A stretch of DNA of 64,000 nt. Source: Camelus ferus (lineage: Eukaryota). The translations under genes were made by a program, and so were the position numbers. This document shows, in pieces, positions 51,035-64,000 of this stretch (the stretch's first letter is position 1; the number at the start of each line of letters is the position of its first letter). Below the pieces are notes generated by a model. That model did no database searches. It saw nothing but the letters and a program-made list of their open reading frames with translations, and was not told where the DNA came from. The DNA lies in assembly GCF_009834535.1 (NCBI RefSeq), contig NC_045697.1, forward strand, positions 76,138,001 through 76,202,000. The letters run 5' to 3'.

Positions 51035-52700
51035 TTAGGACTGAATTAGGCTGCAAGTAACAGAAAAGCAGGTAATTTGTTTTCTGCCTCCCAACTTTAT
51101 TGAGATATAACTGACGAATAGAATTGTGTATATTTAAAGTGTACAACATGATGATTTGATACATGATGTATTGTGAAGTCATTACCATATTAATCAGGTT
51201 AATTAACACATCCATCATCTTACATTGTTACCTTCTTTTTGGTGAGAATGCTTAAGATCTACTCTCTTAGCAAATTTCAAGTAGACATAGGGGTGTTGGT
51301 TTTCCATTCTTGCTATAATAATCACCACAGACTTAGTGGCTTGAACAGCACAAGTATATTCTTTTTAGTTCTGGAAGTCAGAGGTCTAAAATGAATCTCT
51401 CTGGGCTAAAATTAAGGTGTTGGCAGGAGCCTCTAGGCAAGAGGATTTGTTTGCTTGCCTTGTCCAGCTTCTAGAGTCTGCCCGCTTTCCTTGGCTGATG
51501 ACCCCTTCCTTCATCTTCAAAGCCGGTGATGGCAGGCTGAATCATTCTCACATATTCTAACTCCCATCTTTGCTTCCATCATCATATCTCCTTCTTGGGC
51601 TCTGAGCTCTCTTCTGCTTCCCTCCTCCACTTTTAAAGACTTACGATTATATTGGATCCACCTGGATAATCCAGATTACTCTTCTTGTTTGAAGAAACAG
51701 CTATTAGCAGAATAGCAACCTTAATTCCATTTGTACCCTTAATTCCTCTTTGCCATGTAACAACATACTACAGGTTCAGAGGATTAAGATGTGGACATCT
51801 TTGGGGAGCCATTATTACATGCCATACCGGGCATATAAACAAATAAGGTGCTTACTTGTTTTACACAAAAAGAAGTCTAAGGGTGTCAGTCCAGAACTAA
51901 TACGACAACTTGATTATACCATAAGGTAGTCAGGCTCTTTCCATCTTTCTGTTGTATCATCCTTACTGTATGAACCTTTGATAGTGTGCTTATTGCCTCT
52001 TGGCTGCCAGATGGCTGCTGAGCCTCCAGGCATTTCTTCCATGCTCCAGGAAGGAAGGAGGTGGCAATGTGAAGGGCAAAGGAGCAAAAGATAGAAGGGA
52101 ATATGTCTTAGGTCACATTCCCTAGAAGCAGACCCCAGCCTATTCATATGTTCATGGTTTATTAAGGAAGTAGGTCTAGGAGAAATCAGTAAATGGATGG
52201 AGTAAGAGAAGCAGCATAGAGAAGACTATAAAGTCAAGAGTGCTTTAGCCAAAACTCAGGGGGAACTCAGCATGAATTATACAAGTTTGTGTCTCCATCT
52301 CCAAGAAAGTAGCAGACCCCTCCCCAGTCAATGCGAGAGGGATGGGGATGTGAACACCTGGGCCTTCTGACATCTGGGCAGAGAGGCTTTAGCATCCAAA
52401 GGTCATTGTCTGAAGAAGGTAACAGGGATCAGCTGTTAGGATCAGAACACAGAAACGGAGGCAGGACACAGCTAGCAGATAAAGGGTTTCTGAGGGTTCT
52501 GGGCAGAGCACCAAGTGCTAGCTGCATCTGTCTCTGCTGTGAAGCCTCTGGATGCCCAGGTTGGCAATCTCCAATACATTCCTTCTGTCCAAACTTACCA
52601 CATCATCACTGCAAAGGTATCTAAAGCAGGATTTTTAGTTGGATACATAGCTACTTTAACAAAATTGTAGTTCAGTTAGTAAGTAAAAAGGAGAGAACAG
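51035..52700 (-). mobile_element. Nested repeat stack: old MaLR (MLT1) LTR interrupted by an L1 3' end (~51092-51283), an MLT1D-like LTR (~51293-51828) and a further MLT1-like LTR (~52104-52513)
   Basis: ggctgcaagtaacagaaa resumes as taaacaaataag...gatggctgctg...ctccagg; intervening L1 tail tttattgagatataactgac and MLT1 motif accacagacttagtggcttgaaca...gatgtggacatctttgggg. Confidence 0.75.
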
Positions 52701-54013
52701 ATTTTCGCATCAGAGACTGCGAAAATGTATTTCTCATTTTGTTTACTTTAACTTTTAGTCATTTTTCTTAAACAGAAGATTAAAAGTTTTCAATTGTAGA
52801 TGTTTTCTTTTGCAATTTACATCAGTATTGAAAAATTAAAATGCCCTTCTTAAACAGACATCTGATAAACATCAACTTATATTTTATCTGTATTTTCTAG
52901 TTTATAAAAATGTTTAGCTCTTCAACCCTTTAATCTATCTGTATCTTATTTTGAAGAACAATTTCAAATGATGGTACAGATGATTATCCATACAAACACA
53001 CAATGTTTTTTTGTGGGCTGTGTATTCTACTCCACTGGTCTGTTTATTCCTTCTTTAGTGTCACATTTTAAAAAATGATGTGCTTTTATAACATTTTAAT
53101 TGTAATAGGCAAGTAAGCAACCATCCTTATTTCTCTTCTTTTAGATTAGTAGTGGGTTTCATTGTATTACTTTCAACATCTATTGTTATGATCATATAAT
53201 TCTTCTAACTGATCAATTCGTGTGTATATTATTAATTAGCTCTGTCACTTAACATCTGTGTGCTTCATTTCTCTCCTCTGAAAAAGGTGTTCAATTATAT
53301 GACTATTAGGCTTCCACTCAGATCTAGCATTTTATCATCCTAAGAATTATCTAGCTCTCTGAAGATTCCACTGGGCTGATCCTGTTGAACCTAGTAGTGG
53401 CTGCTTTGTGCTTGGATCAATAAATGCTCTTATGTAAAGGGTGAGAAAACACTCCTGGAAATCCATGGCTTCTGGTCTTTCTAACAGTGTGCCTTGCTGC
53501 TTCCTACCACCTGGGAGAGCTTCCTTCCTGGGACACCCAAACCAACTTTTCTAAATAAAAAATAAAAGAAAACAACAACTTGAACTGTTCAATAATAATA
53601 GTAAAAGAATTAATTACTGTGTTAATATATATTGAATTAATAAATTAAACTTAGACCTGTGTCTGTATATAATAAACACTACATAACTACTAGCTATCAC
53701 TTTTTGTTGTTCTTTATTTGCAGTTCCTTGACAAATGGTCAATGGGAGACCTGAATCCACTCCTTTAGTTGGTCTTAGTGCACTCTTGCTTCTTACAGAG
53801 TTAGAATCTCCTCACTCTGAGACTTTCCAGAATTTTTGTTCTAGTCTTTAAAATATTGTCCTAGTGCTTTTCATGCAATGTCATCCCTAAATGCAAGTCA
53901 ATGGCTTCATCAGGTGGTCACCCAAAGAAATAACTTTCTTTCTAATACTGAAGAAAAGACTTGCTGTGTTGGGCTTATTAAGTGGGAGGTGTTTGTCAGT
54001 TTTCAAGGTGATA

Positions 54014-54613
54014 TGATTGATCCTCATTATTCATGGATTCTATATTTGTGAATTCACCTACTTGTTAAAATTTATTTGTACCCATAAAATCAATGTTTGT
54101 GGTGCTTCCATGCTCTTGTACAGATATGCACAGAGTGGGGAAACTCTGAGCTGCACAGGACATTCTGCATTCTTATTTCTGCTCTCATACTGGAGATAAG
54201 GGTCCCTTTGTGCTCAATTTAGTGTCATGTTCTTCTGTGTTTTTGTGCTTTATGTTGGTAATTTTGATGTTTAAAATGGCTCCCAAGTACAGTTCTTAAG
54301 TGCTGGCTGATATCATTATGTGCAAGAAGGTTATAATTGCCTTAAGAAAATGTGGGCATTAGATAGCTTTGTTCCGGCATGAGTTGAAGTCCTATTGGCT
54401 GTGAGTTCAATGTTTATGAATCAACAATATATATTAAACAAGAAACACACAGAAAACAAGGTTAAGTGTTGATCAGTTGATAATAACATGACCAGAGGCT
54501 CACAGGAACATAACCCTGTATTTCCCCTAGGAGCAATGGTTCAGTATTCGTTAACTGAACGTTGGCAGTGACTTTATAGAACATTAACTACTGCAAACAA
54601 CAAGAATCAAGTG
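54014..54613. mobile_element. TcMar-Tigger non-autonomous element (MER82-like)
   Basis: Degenerate terminal inverted repeats ttgatcctcattatt / aacaagaatcaa, TA-flanked; internal aaccctgtatttcccctaggagcaatggttcagtattc. Confidence 0.75.
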
Positions 54614-57600
54614 TACCTTCCTAAGGAATGTCTGAGGAGTGTTTGGGCTGTCTGGGATTTTTAACCTTGAGTATACCCACGCCACCTCTTGCTCCTGAAA
54701 GACGAGACCCTGTATCTTACTTGGGCACAGGAAATATTTGGATGCCTGCCATGCCCACTTATGATGCCTTCCTCTTAAGGTTATGTAGACCCCATTATTT
54801 AAAAGTCTAGTGAAGGATTTTCATCATTTATTTTGATATCATATAGTGTATGTTTGGTTTCATTTTGAGAAGCACTGAAAATAGACTTTAGCAGGGAAAA
54901 GAAAATTGTACACTGATTAATGTTGTTACATTCCTCAGTGACTTAGGAGAGCTTTTTCTTAATGATAAAAAGGGTTGCCATTAAGTTGTACTATGTTCCA
55001 AGCACTGCACTAAGCACCTTATATGCATTATTTTATTGTATCTTCACAACAACCCTACGAAGTAGGTCTCATTATCTTCATTTCACAAAAGAACATCTGC
55101 AGATCAGGGAGCTGCACTCAAATCCAAGTCCATTTGACCTGAAGTCCAGGTCTTTGCAGGTCTTTCTACTAAAGCATTCACAATAGGCACTAGTCATTTG
55201 TAGTAACTGTCCTTTTTTGTGGGTAATTCATAAAATGTATTAGGAGAATATGAATGAAGTTTACTCAACTGAGTGTGTCACATTAACACTTCTTAACTCA
55301 AGGAAGACAAATGTAAAGGGCGTGACACGTATTCCACAAATCCATCCCATGCTTTGTTACTTCACCAAGAAAGAGAAATGTACAAGAAGAAAGTAAGAAA
55401 GGAAGGCTCACACCAGACCATCTATTTTTGCAATGTATTAACTAATAGTAACTACAAATAAATATTAGTGTAATATCTACATTTCATTAGCTGAGAAAAA
55501 GCACACAATTCCAGAAATGGCACCTTTAGCTCCAGCATGCACTGACAGTGAAGTAGCAGTCACTACGTCAGACAAATGAAACACATCTATCTGTTGATGC
55601 TTTCAGGGTAATGGTCATTAAGTAGACTTTTGGTTACTCCTGTCCTGTATCCTGCACTAAGTTGATTAACCTGTTTAATGAGTATATGAGAATGACCAAA
55701 GCTGACCTTACATCAAAGAGCCCCATTGTTGCTGTGTGCTGACCTGAATTTTAACTGTGCACTAGGCTCTTTAATTGCACCACAGATGTGCTGGAGAATA
55801 GAGTAGATATTTTAAGCAGCAGTGAGTTTCTTTTCCCAGATGTGTTCAGTTACTCAACATACAATATTAGATACTGGTTTGCGTATCCAGGCTCTGAACT
55901 CTCCATCCCTTTGCAAAGATTCACAGTTTAACAGTTACTTTTGATGCATCTGGCAGTGGTGCTCAGTTTTATTTCTATGATAAAACTTAACTACATATTA
56001 TTAAACATCACAAAGGAGTTTAGGGGAAAAAAGTCTGTGAATAAATCAATAGTGAATAAATTAGAATCCAGCTTCAAGAATCCCTTAAGGCCTCTAAGAG
56101 GATCGTTAGAGGCAGATGTGGCTTCCTTAGAGTACTGTCACCAAGGGCCAACTGTTACTTCAAGCCACGAGTGCCAGACTATAGGAAAAGGAAGCTAGTT
56201 CTTAAGTGATAACATTGATCTTTTAAAAAATACTTAAACTCAAGTAACATTTGTTGTAGTCTTGCGAATTCCTCTTTAATGTGTGTTTGTAAGCAAATTG
56301 AAGAGGGTCCTGTAGCTATCCATTTGCAGAAGGATGACAACATTCTGAACTCATTTTTCATTGTGGCCCTTTTTTTTAAACATTGAAGTTTTTATACTTC
56401 TGTTGTTTAAGCCTTACAAAATAATATCTTTTCACAGCAAGTTTTTTTGTTTGTTTTTATTTTTGTTTCTATTTTGGTTTTGTGGGCAGGGGGACATAAA
56501 GCAGCTACTACTTCCTTTGCTGTACCCTTCCCTGTGCCCATACCGGGGATGGAAAGTGGACCCACTGAGTGTAGGAAGGGGCTCAAGTGCCTTCTGTCAT
56601 CCACTCTGAGTCTTCTCATCTGTGACAACATCCCCAGATGTAAATGTGAAGTGGCACCCAATCCAGGACGGGTAGGGTGGAGGGCAGGGTGGAAGCAGTG
56701 GGAAAGGCAGTGAGATGGAGGGAATCGTATGGGATCAGTGGGGGACAACAGGGTGTGTATGCCTCTAGTTTATGCAGAAGCGCTGAGAATAAGATCCTGC
56801 AGTCTTAGACCCTCAGCGCTGCTCTCTTTCACTGCTTTTCTTCTCCTGCTGCCTGTCCTGCTCATTTATTTTCTTGTCCTAACACTAACTTGTACTACAG
56901 CCTTGAGACATTTAACTTCTTTGGGCCTCAGTTTCCTCATGTGTAAAATGAAGGTGTACTACATGATCTTCCAAAGTGTGTTCCAGTAAATGAGTTACCT
57001 GCTATTTTGTGGTCGTCTTGTCAAGGCATTTAGCTAAGAAGATGATTAAGCTATTTCCTAAAATCTCTTTTCTTTTTTTTGAGATATCTTTGGATTTTAT
57101 TTCATGTTCCCCCACAAGTATTCTTTTAAAAATCCACAGCCTATTGGTTATAGATGGTTTTGTAAATAGATAAAGTAGCTGAATTCCAAATAGTCCCAAT
57201 AAGATGTTGGGGTTCCCCCCCACCTCCCGGAATTGTGATTCATTTTCTGAAGAGGAGTATCTACATTTCTACATGCTGGTACATTATCACAGCCAGAAAA
57301 GGGCCACGTAAGGGAAGTCAGGAAAGGTGGGGGCAGCAAGAGTGTTTGTGTTGTTGGCCAGATCCCATTAGTGCTGATTCTGTCCCTGAATAGAAAGCAT
57401 TCGATTGTTTTATTGTTCGGGGAAGATTGCTAGCACATCAGCTGGACCTCTCCTTCACACAGCAAGTCAGCAGGAGGCCAAGGAATTTTTGTTCCTCAGT
57501 GTGTCTGGCCGCCACTAATCCCACGTCTAAGTGGGTAGTATTATGTTTCTTCACTCTGTTGACTGGTATACCCCGCAATGCAATGGCAGTGGCCAACACT

Positions 57601-59259
57601 CAGAAACACACTTTTGGAGAGGCAGTGTCTGAAGCACCTTCCTTAGGGTTACTCAGGTGGGGATCTGTCCTGGGGTAGGTGGAGGGTGCAGCAGGAGTGA
57701 TGGAAGGAGTGCCGAGGTTGGAGGGGCAGAGAGGGAGGGGAGTCCACTGAGGTTAGTATCAGAAACCTCTTTTGCTGGCTTTTTGCGTCTTTTTCAGGCA
57801 CCTAAATCAGAGATCCTCTGATTCACATTTTGATTTCCACATAACTAGAGAGGGGATGAACATCAACATTTTGCCGAGGCGCCGGGTCGCTGGTCCATGT
57901 GTTTCCTCATGCCCTGTGCAGAGAGAAGACCCACTCCACCAGGGGACACCGCCCTCCCCTAGTGGTCCTCCCCAAGAGATTTCACTAAAGCAAGGAACTT
58001 AGAGTAAAGGGGTGAAGGTGAAGTTTCGGATCTTAGCCCAGAAGGCAGGTTGAGGAAAATAGTGCCTAGACCCCAGCTGTGAGGAGGGAGAGTGTGTGGC
58101 TTACACCAGCAGGAGCGTGTGAAGATGCACCATCAGACCCACAAAACACGAGTTCTAGAATCAAACTCAGATTTCACACCCCTGCAGTTATTATTATGAT
58201 GCTGTAATAATTTAGGTGAAAGGGACAAATAAGTATTTCACCTGAGTTGTGCTTGATTATTTTCCCTCATTTGGAAAAGATGGCCCAGGTGTGTCTGATT
58301 TGAGAGGCGCCTCAGGTAATAGGGCTTTGGAATCAGTTCCTTACCTCAAAGGGTTCATTTCAGCCTTGGTCCTACTCACACTTACTATCTGTATGAACTT
58401 AGTCAAGTTCCTTGGTCTCTCTGAGCCTCAAGTTCCTCCCCTGGAACCTGCACATAATAACATTAGCTATAGGGAATATCCGCTCTGAAGAGCCAATATG
58501 AGAATCTTTGTGAATGTACCTTATAAAGTCCTACATACATTTTTTTTTCCCCAGCCATAGCAAATATGCAACAATTCTTATTATACACATTTTTGGTATT
58601 ACCTTAAAGTTCTATTTATTGTCCTTGTTTTGTTTTCTTCTTTTCATTTCTAGTTTATAAATTTGCTGAATATATAAACTATTCTGGGGACAAGATAGGG
58701 TGTGTATAAATAAGTGAATACATTTAAGTTACAGTTTTGCTAGTGGAGTGATAAAAGAATCAGAAAGATATGCTAATGCCAGCCTTCCAGAATCAACCCT
58801 GCTAGTTTATACTAGCGTCAGTCACTGACTTACAGTATGTCACATACCATCTGTGGCCCCTTACTTGCTGTGACTTTCTAGGGGGAGGTGATACTTGGTC
58901 AGTGTTTACCTGATTGACTGAGTCAGTTCTGTTGTTCCCCTTACACAGCCCAGGAACGGGCAGATCTGGGCCTCAGGCCATGTGCAGTCCAGGGCCGCTG
59001 GTTTGGTGAGCTCTTTTCCTGATGCCACCACAGGCATCTCCCAATTCGTATGCCTGGAAATGGTAGGAAAAATCCATTCATTCATTTCATAAATAGTTAA
59101 TGAGCCCCTCCCACTCACCAGGCACCGTGGGAGGCACTCTGGGCGATGTAGGAATGGGCAAGAGACGGTCCCTGCCCCGTGAGGGCGCATTGGTCAGCAG
59201 AGAAACAACTACACAGGTAACTCAGTTGCTCGATGGAGTCGGGAGTTGTGGTAGGTGCT

Positions 59260-59460
59260 TGAGCGTGCAGTCCCTGGAGCTGGCCTGGCCATCATCTACC
59301 AGCCTCGTGACCTCGGGCACCAACCTCTCAGCCTCAGTGCTGTTATCTGTAAAGCAGGAATAATAATGGCACTTACTGATAGATGAGGGTTGTGGTGAGG
59401 ATTACTTAACACATGTGAAACACGTGGAGTAGTGCCTGGCACCGTGGAAAGCTCTCGACA
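59260..59460 (+). mobile_element. MIR SINE
   Basis: gtgacctcgggc...aacctctcagcctcagt...atctgtaaagcaggaataata...gttgtggtgaggatta...gtgcctggcac. Confidence 0.8.
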
Positions 59461-61174
59461 GAGATGACGGTGGTGGTGCTGGTGGGGTTGGGGGTGCCAG
59501 TGCTCCAGTGTGGAACCAGAGGAAAGATGTCAGTTTTGTCCAGGAGACTGGGAGGGGCCCTGAGAACTGGTCTTTGTTAGCAGAGGAGAGGGAGCATCCT
59601 TCAGGGGGAGGGCTCAGCACTGTGGGCACAGTTAGGGTGGAGAGAAGGATGTTCGGGGAACTTCCTTGTCAGACAGGAACTGCCCTCAACTCCTGAATGT
59701 TGAGCTTAGTGCCAAAGTGGAAACAAACATGGCATGTTTCCATCTCAAGAACATTTTGTTAGTAACCATGAGAGAAAATTGACCAGGCTGGAAAAATATG
59801 ATTTGTGAACAAATGCTTCAGTCAAATAGACATGACCAGTGCCTACCGTGGCAGGGAGGTTGATAACCAGAAGCGCTTACCTTGTTGATTTCAGGTGGGC
59901 AACAAGTTGGTAAGAAAATGAAGGGTGTAAATAAATCTGAATGAATTACGCAATTTGATAGTGGTCTGAATTTGGCAAATTATTTTTTAGCCCTTCACTT
60001 TCCTTTAAAAAACAAATTGCAAGCTGGCTCACAAGTCACAATCAAGTGATATCAGTCTGGGCACAAACTGTGATAAAATCCCTGGCATTTTTCAATCCTT
60101 CTCCTTCCCAGAAAACTATTCTTTTCAAAAATGAGAGACAAGAATTGCTGCGAGTCTCCAAAATGACAGAAATTACTAAAAATAAAACCAAGAACAGGTA
60201 GGGAGAAAAAGTCCCACTTAACTTTAGCTTGTACGTAAATAAGTTCATTTATTTATAATTCAGAGTATTCTGTTTGAAAACATTGAATTCCCGAACAGAA
60301 TAATCTGTTTAAAATGAATGTGGTTTATTAACAATTAAAAGTGATAACACAAGCTGAAGAAGATTGGAGGTGAAGTGTTGAGTTTCCTTTGATAGGTAGA
60401 GTAATTACAAAGTGTGCTTTTGAAGTTCAAGAAGACAGCCTTAGGACACAACATTTTTAAAGTAAAAATTGGCTTGCACTCTGTTCAAGTGATTTATTTT
60501 GCACTAAGAAATGGGTGTGAGACATGATGTGATTTAAAATTTCATCCCTTGATGGAACTGCTTCAGGGTGACATGATTTTTTTTTCTTTTTTCTTTTCTC
60601 AGCCTGCTTAGCCTATGAAGTTACCTATCTAAAAGTTAATCTTCTGAAATTCCTCAGGAATTTAAGGAAACCTAATCTTTCGGTGTATAAACAAAAGGAC
60701 TAAGAATATTGCTTTGCCCCTGGCACTCGGGAGCCCAGGAGTGTCAAAGTAGCAGCTAGCAGGATCTAATGCTTACCATGGCAAAGCAAGTCCAGCCATT
60801 CTTGTTTTGTTGCCTATTAAGTAATTACCTTAGGAAAATGTCACTTTTACCATTAAAAATGCTTTTTCTCTCTTTAAAGCTTGAGAGGTGTGGGAATGAA
60901 TAGAGGAGGCGAGGCAGAATTATACTTGCAGAGGGAAGTTAAAAGGAACTGGGATTTAGTTCAGATAGGCTAGAGCACCAAGGGAGGAGGTTACCGAGGC
61001 AGAGAAGGTGAGTGATAGCTTAAAAAACAGGTTGATGGCAAAGGTATTTTACATGTTTCGGTGAGTGCTTCTGCTCTGTTTCCACCAAAGAAATACGTTT
61101 AACAGACTTTTAAAATTTTCCAATAGTCTATTCACATAAAGAGAAAAATTCTTGGAAAAAAAATGTGTCTATCA

Positions 61175-61616
61175 TGATATGCTAGTAAATACTTAAAAAC
61201 TGGCTGTTTGTGGGGGTAGGGGGCAGGCTCTGATTTGTAGTATTTGCCAGTTTCCTTGGTGTAAACACTCCCACTGTGGTGGATTCTGCAAAATGATGTC
61301 ACTGAATGTGAAACTCGAAAGAGATGTGCAGTAACACACCATTAGTTTTTCCACCATACAGATGCAATGAATGTTAACGACCCTGAAAATGTAGGTGATA
61401 GTAAAATGCAGTAAAAAAAGAAAGGGGTGGGGGATGATGAGGATTTTTCTTTTGTGTTTTGAGTACTTCTTATCTCTTTAAAAATATAATTTAATTGAAA
61501 GTTTATATACATTAATTTTTTAATAATGACTATGTTTAATATCCAGCTCACCACTTTCCTAAGAATTTAAGTTGGCTCCCAAGAAGAACTGGTACAAGCT
61601 AGTTCCAGCACACCAC
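61175..61616. mobile_element. hAT-Blackjack element (MER63-like)
   Basis: ctgatttgtagtatttgccagtttccttggtgtaaacactcccac... ending gtacaagctagttccagcacaccact. Confidence 0.75.
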
Positions 61617-62749
61617 TACTAAATACGAGTATGACATTTGTGGAAAGGGGTTTGGAGTGGTGAAGCGTTGAGTCGCACCCCAGATTATTGACTGTGGTAA
61701 TCACCCCTTGGCAGGAGGAAGTTGTGGTGTGTGGAGAGGCACTGTCACGTTTTACTCTGGGTATTTCTCTTTGGTACATGCTGCTAGTGTCATAGGAGTA
61801 AATGCAAAACAGGTTTCGTAAAATAAATCTATTGGTTTTGTACCAGTACCTTTTCCCTTCTTTTGGCTGAGCCCAGATCCCTGGGGTAGCATGGCTGAGT
61901 GGAGAGCGTATTGGACTAGGCACTAAAAACTTGGCTTTTAATTCTGGTTTAGCCTCTGGCAGTCTAGGTAACTAAGTACAAGTGAGTTAACCTCTCTGAA
62001 CCTTGGGATCTTTGTCAAATGAAGATATTTGGATTTTATCACTGAATCTATACAGTTCTAACTTTTACATTTCTGATTATTTCTCATATCATTCAATATG
62101 TCCATTCTTTGCAGGGGATCCAGAGCACACCCACAGAGAGTTCTGTGAAATCCCAACTCATCATATTTATTACTTATTTTATTTCCTGATTTTTCAAAAA
62201 ATTATGGATTTGAAACTCACTGTCACTGTTGGTGATCATAAACCTTGGCTGGGTTGAGAAAACTGAGGTTTGTAAGTAGCTGAAGGAAGGTCCAGGAGAT
62301 AGTCTCTGGGTAGCTCTCTGCCTAGCAGAGAGCTTGTTGGTTGACTGCATCATGGATGGTGTGCGCCACCAGAGGCCTGGGCCCTGTGCCCTGGGGGAGC
62401 CCTCCCCATGCAGCCTGGCTCATGTTCTTCTGGACCGAATTGGCTTGAGTAGCTGCCCTGAACCTCATGTTACATTGAGCTGGCTCTAGTCTCTGACTCA
62501 GAATATTAGGAATTCGGTTCCCAATCAAAATAATAACATCAAGTTTTATTGTTTTTACTTTTAAACTATACAAATCGGATACTTATTGTAGAAAATTTAG
62601 TAAATACAGATAAGCAATAAAGAAAAAAGGAGGATCACTGATTTTGAACTATAGAGCTTTCCATTTTTGTTATTGCACTTTGTTTATATGTTATGAAATT
62701 ATGGACGTTTGAAATAACATCATCTGTCTTGAAAATGAGGCCCAGCATA

Positions 62750-62980
62750 GATGCAGAGTGTGGGCTCAGAAGCCAGGCTGACCAGGCTGGAATCCTAGCT
62801 CCACCCACTAGCTGTGTGACCTCATGTGGTTTGCTCTTCCACTCTGTGCCTTAGTTTGCTCATCTGTGAAAAGAGGCATATAGAACCTGCCTTGTAGGTT
62901 TGTTGTGAGGAGTAAGATTATACATAGGAAACTCTTATAGAACAGTGCTTGGCAGACCATTCAATGATTGGTAACTATTT
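62750..62980 (+). mobile_element. MIR SINE
   Basis: gaatcctagctccacc...ctagctgtgtgacct...ctctgtgccttagtttgctcatctgtgaaa...agaacagtgcttggca. Confidence 0.8.
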
Positions 62981-63764
62981 TCATTTTATTCTGTTGTATA
63001 TCAGTGTACCATAGCTTACTAACCTCTTACTGTTGGACATTTAAATGGCTTCTAATTTTTCACAATTGAGATGAAATCTCATAACTTCACACGTATCCTC
63101 AGGATAAATTCTTGGTCCTGCACTCACTGAGTATGCACATTTTCAGGTTTTGAATGTATGTTATGAAAATTAAAATCGTCCTTACACTCAGCCAAAGAAC
63201 ATCGACATGAGTGCACAGACGTGTTCCATCCCCCTCAAATGCCAGTGCTGGTGAACGGGCTGGGCTTTCACATTCCCTATTAGAATGAGAACTGCAGTCT
63301 ATTTCCATAATATATACATATCTGTGATCTTCATCTTAAATGCAAAGTAGATGCCCTGAGATACTATTAAACTGTGAAAATTTAATTAAATTGAAGGCAG
63401 TCATTCTTTTCCAGAAATTAATTCACCTGGTTGTGCCTAGGCATGGAAATGTATCAGTGCTGAGCAATTCACCCGCAGCCCGACTGCTGGGCAGCAGCCC
63501 TGGGGGAGACACAAACTGCCTTAGGGAGCATGTGCTCCCCAGGGCAGAGGGACAAGGGCCTCCTGTCTCTCCTTCCAGCCTTCTTGTCTGTGCCGATTCT
63601 GACACTTCCCCAGAGCTTTGAGGCAGACCCTTTATACAGCCTGAGGGGAGGATGCAGTGTCCATCTCTGCTGGCTCCCTACCTCTGCTTGAAAATGCTTC
63701 AGCAAAATCATGCCCAGCCTGACAGGGACACTGATGGGGGATGTTCATCAAGCTGCAATGGACA

Positions 63765-64000
63765 GTGTATCAGTCAGCCTTCAGTCAGAGAACCAGAACC
63801 AGCAGGACACTGGAGACTCTCAGGCAGGAGCCCAGGCTGCTGGCTACAGATGGGATTTCTTCTTCCTCAGGAAAAACTTCAATATTGCTTTTATTGTTTT
63901 TCAGTTTATTGGAAGAGGCCCACCCAGATAATTGATGATCACCTCCTTTACTTAAAGCCAACTGACTGTAGATGTTAACCACATAAACAAAATACCCTCC
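63765..64000 (-). mobile_element. ERVL LTR (MLT2-like), running off the window end
   Basis: gaggcccacccagataatt...cctttacttaaagccaactgactgtagatgttaaccacat...aaaataccctc. Confidence 0.7.

Overview
Mammalian genomic DNA, most likely camelid because it carries two tRNA-derived Vic-1-type SINEs and I saw no Alu, BovA/BovB or PRE-1 elements. The window holds the 5' end of LEF1 on the minus strand: coding exon 1 (20673-20885), exon 2 (18154-18220) and exon 3 (16589-16722), all with GT-AG junctions in compatible phases. Positions 1-16588 are part of the long intron 3; exon 4 is outside the window. Around the gene are a CpG-island promoter with a long 5'UTR, a TATA-box promoter just upstream of exon 3 (dominant-negative LEF1), a candidate alternative first exon encoding only M-A-G, a second CpG island at about 24.5-27 kb, and plus-strand splice signals consistent with the antisense lncRNA LEF1-AS1/NAT. 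The remaining ~37 kb is gene-free and rich in L1, L2, MIR, LTR and DNA-transposon relics. I found no new protein-coding system, and nearly all ORF-track entries look spurious. The most interesting signals are regulatory: an inverted pair of (CG)n(CA)n microsatellites straddling the TSS with an antisense splice donor between them, a 17-codon uORF, a six-frame stop cassette, an open in-frame N-terminal extension, and a RUNX/GATA/MYB/RBPJ motif cluster in intron 3. Repeat family names, repeat boundaries and comparisons with human are from memory and need checking.
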